The translations under genes and the position numbers were made by a program. From contig JBHLPF010000012.1 in assembly GCA_048939765.1 (NCBI GenBank), forward strand, positions 41,351-78,486: a stretch of 37,136 nt of DNA, read 5' to 3'. The DNA is from Promethearchaeota archaeon. Its GTDB lineage: Archaea > Asgardarchaeota > Thorarchaeia > Thorarchaeales > Thorarchaeaceae. Shown here one piece after another: positions 36,681 through 37,136 of the stretch. The first letter of the stretch is position 1. The number at the start of each line of letters is the position of its first letter. Under the pieces are notes generated by a model that ran no database searches, was not told the DNA's origin, and saw nothing but the letters and a program-made list of their open reading frames with translations.

Positions 36681-37136
36681 TTATTGTCCATAGAAGCGTG
36701 CGAGGAATTCTTTGAAGTAGGGGCATAAGCTTCCCATCCAGTACAGATTGCCAAAGCATTCCTTTGAAAGAGCTTTTCGTTCAACGCGACATTCAAAGTT
36801 CCTTTCACCATCAAAAAACACGCATAGGTCGCTTTCGATGCTTGAGTCGTCGTAGATTCTTCTCCTGACCTCTCTCATCAGATCTGAGTCGCTGGAGCTA
36901 TACCAGTCCTCTGATTTGCCCATCAGTTCCTCAACCGACTTCACAATCTCTGGGTCTGGCTCCTCTTCCTTTATCCACTGAGTCACGAGTACACTCATAT
37001 CGGCATTGAAGGCAGAGAGCGGCCACCCAATGTCATCAGAGACCTCCCTGGCGCGTTTGTAGAAGGTGATAGCATCATCGAACTCCCCTGTGAGGAAATG
37101 AGCATCTCCTGTCAAGAAGAGCGCAAGGACGAGAAA
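36681..37136 (-). CDS. TPR-containing protein, C-terminal part (5' end lies outside the window)
   Basis: GDAHFLTGEFDDAITFYKRA is TPR-like. Four Cys near the C-terminus. Confidence 0.7.
   Translation of the reverse strand, partial: FLVLALFLTGDAHFLTGEFDDAITFYKRAREVSDDIGWPLSAFNADMSVLVTQWIKEEEPDPEIVKSVEELMGKSEDWYSSSDSDLMREVRRRIYDDSSIESDLCVFFDGERNFECRVERKALSKECFGNLYWMGSLCPYFKEFLARFYGQ

Noticed and set aside
1-37136. Many short antisense or overlapping ORFs; tRNA, rRNA, CRISPR, transposase or integrase
   Set aside because: The short ORFs are shadows of well-supported genes. No cloverleaf, repeat-spacer array or mobile-element gene was recognised by eye.

Overview
Archaeal chromosomal window, most likely Asgard (Thorarchaeia-like). 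This is inferred from two tandem Rab-like GTPases alongside TrmB, geranylgeranyl reductase, LipS2 with a split lipoate ligase, a bacterial-type ATP-PFK and TATA-type promoters. About 37 CDSs are present, mostly housekeeping. They include an agmatinase-TrmB-GGR operon, a lipoylation cluster, a large phosphate locus (phoU-pstBACS, a divergent AbrB-PhoU regulator, a Na/Pi symporter), an orphan SPPY-type DNA methyltransferase, a secreted FN3 protein, pfkA, corA, pcp, LysE and DUF389. I saw no tRNA, rRNA, CRISPR array or transposase. The most interesting signals are intergenic. (1) A highly base-paired ~235-nt non-coding region (9661-9894) lies behind a TATA box and upstream of a small winged-helix gene that converges on a long coiled-coil/winged-helix gene. 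(2) A divergent module pairs an RHH regulator with a putative hairpin sRNA, and the two share a duplicated palindromic operator (4190-4935). (3) There are candidate operators in the pst control region. (4) Two genes appear to start at CTG. (5) A Zn-ribbon protein carries an N-terminal PIP-box. All RNA structures were paired by eye and family calls come from motif recognition; no searches were run.
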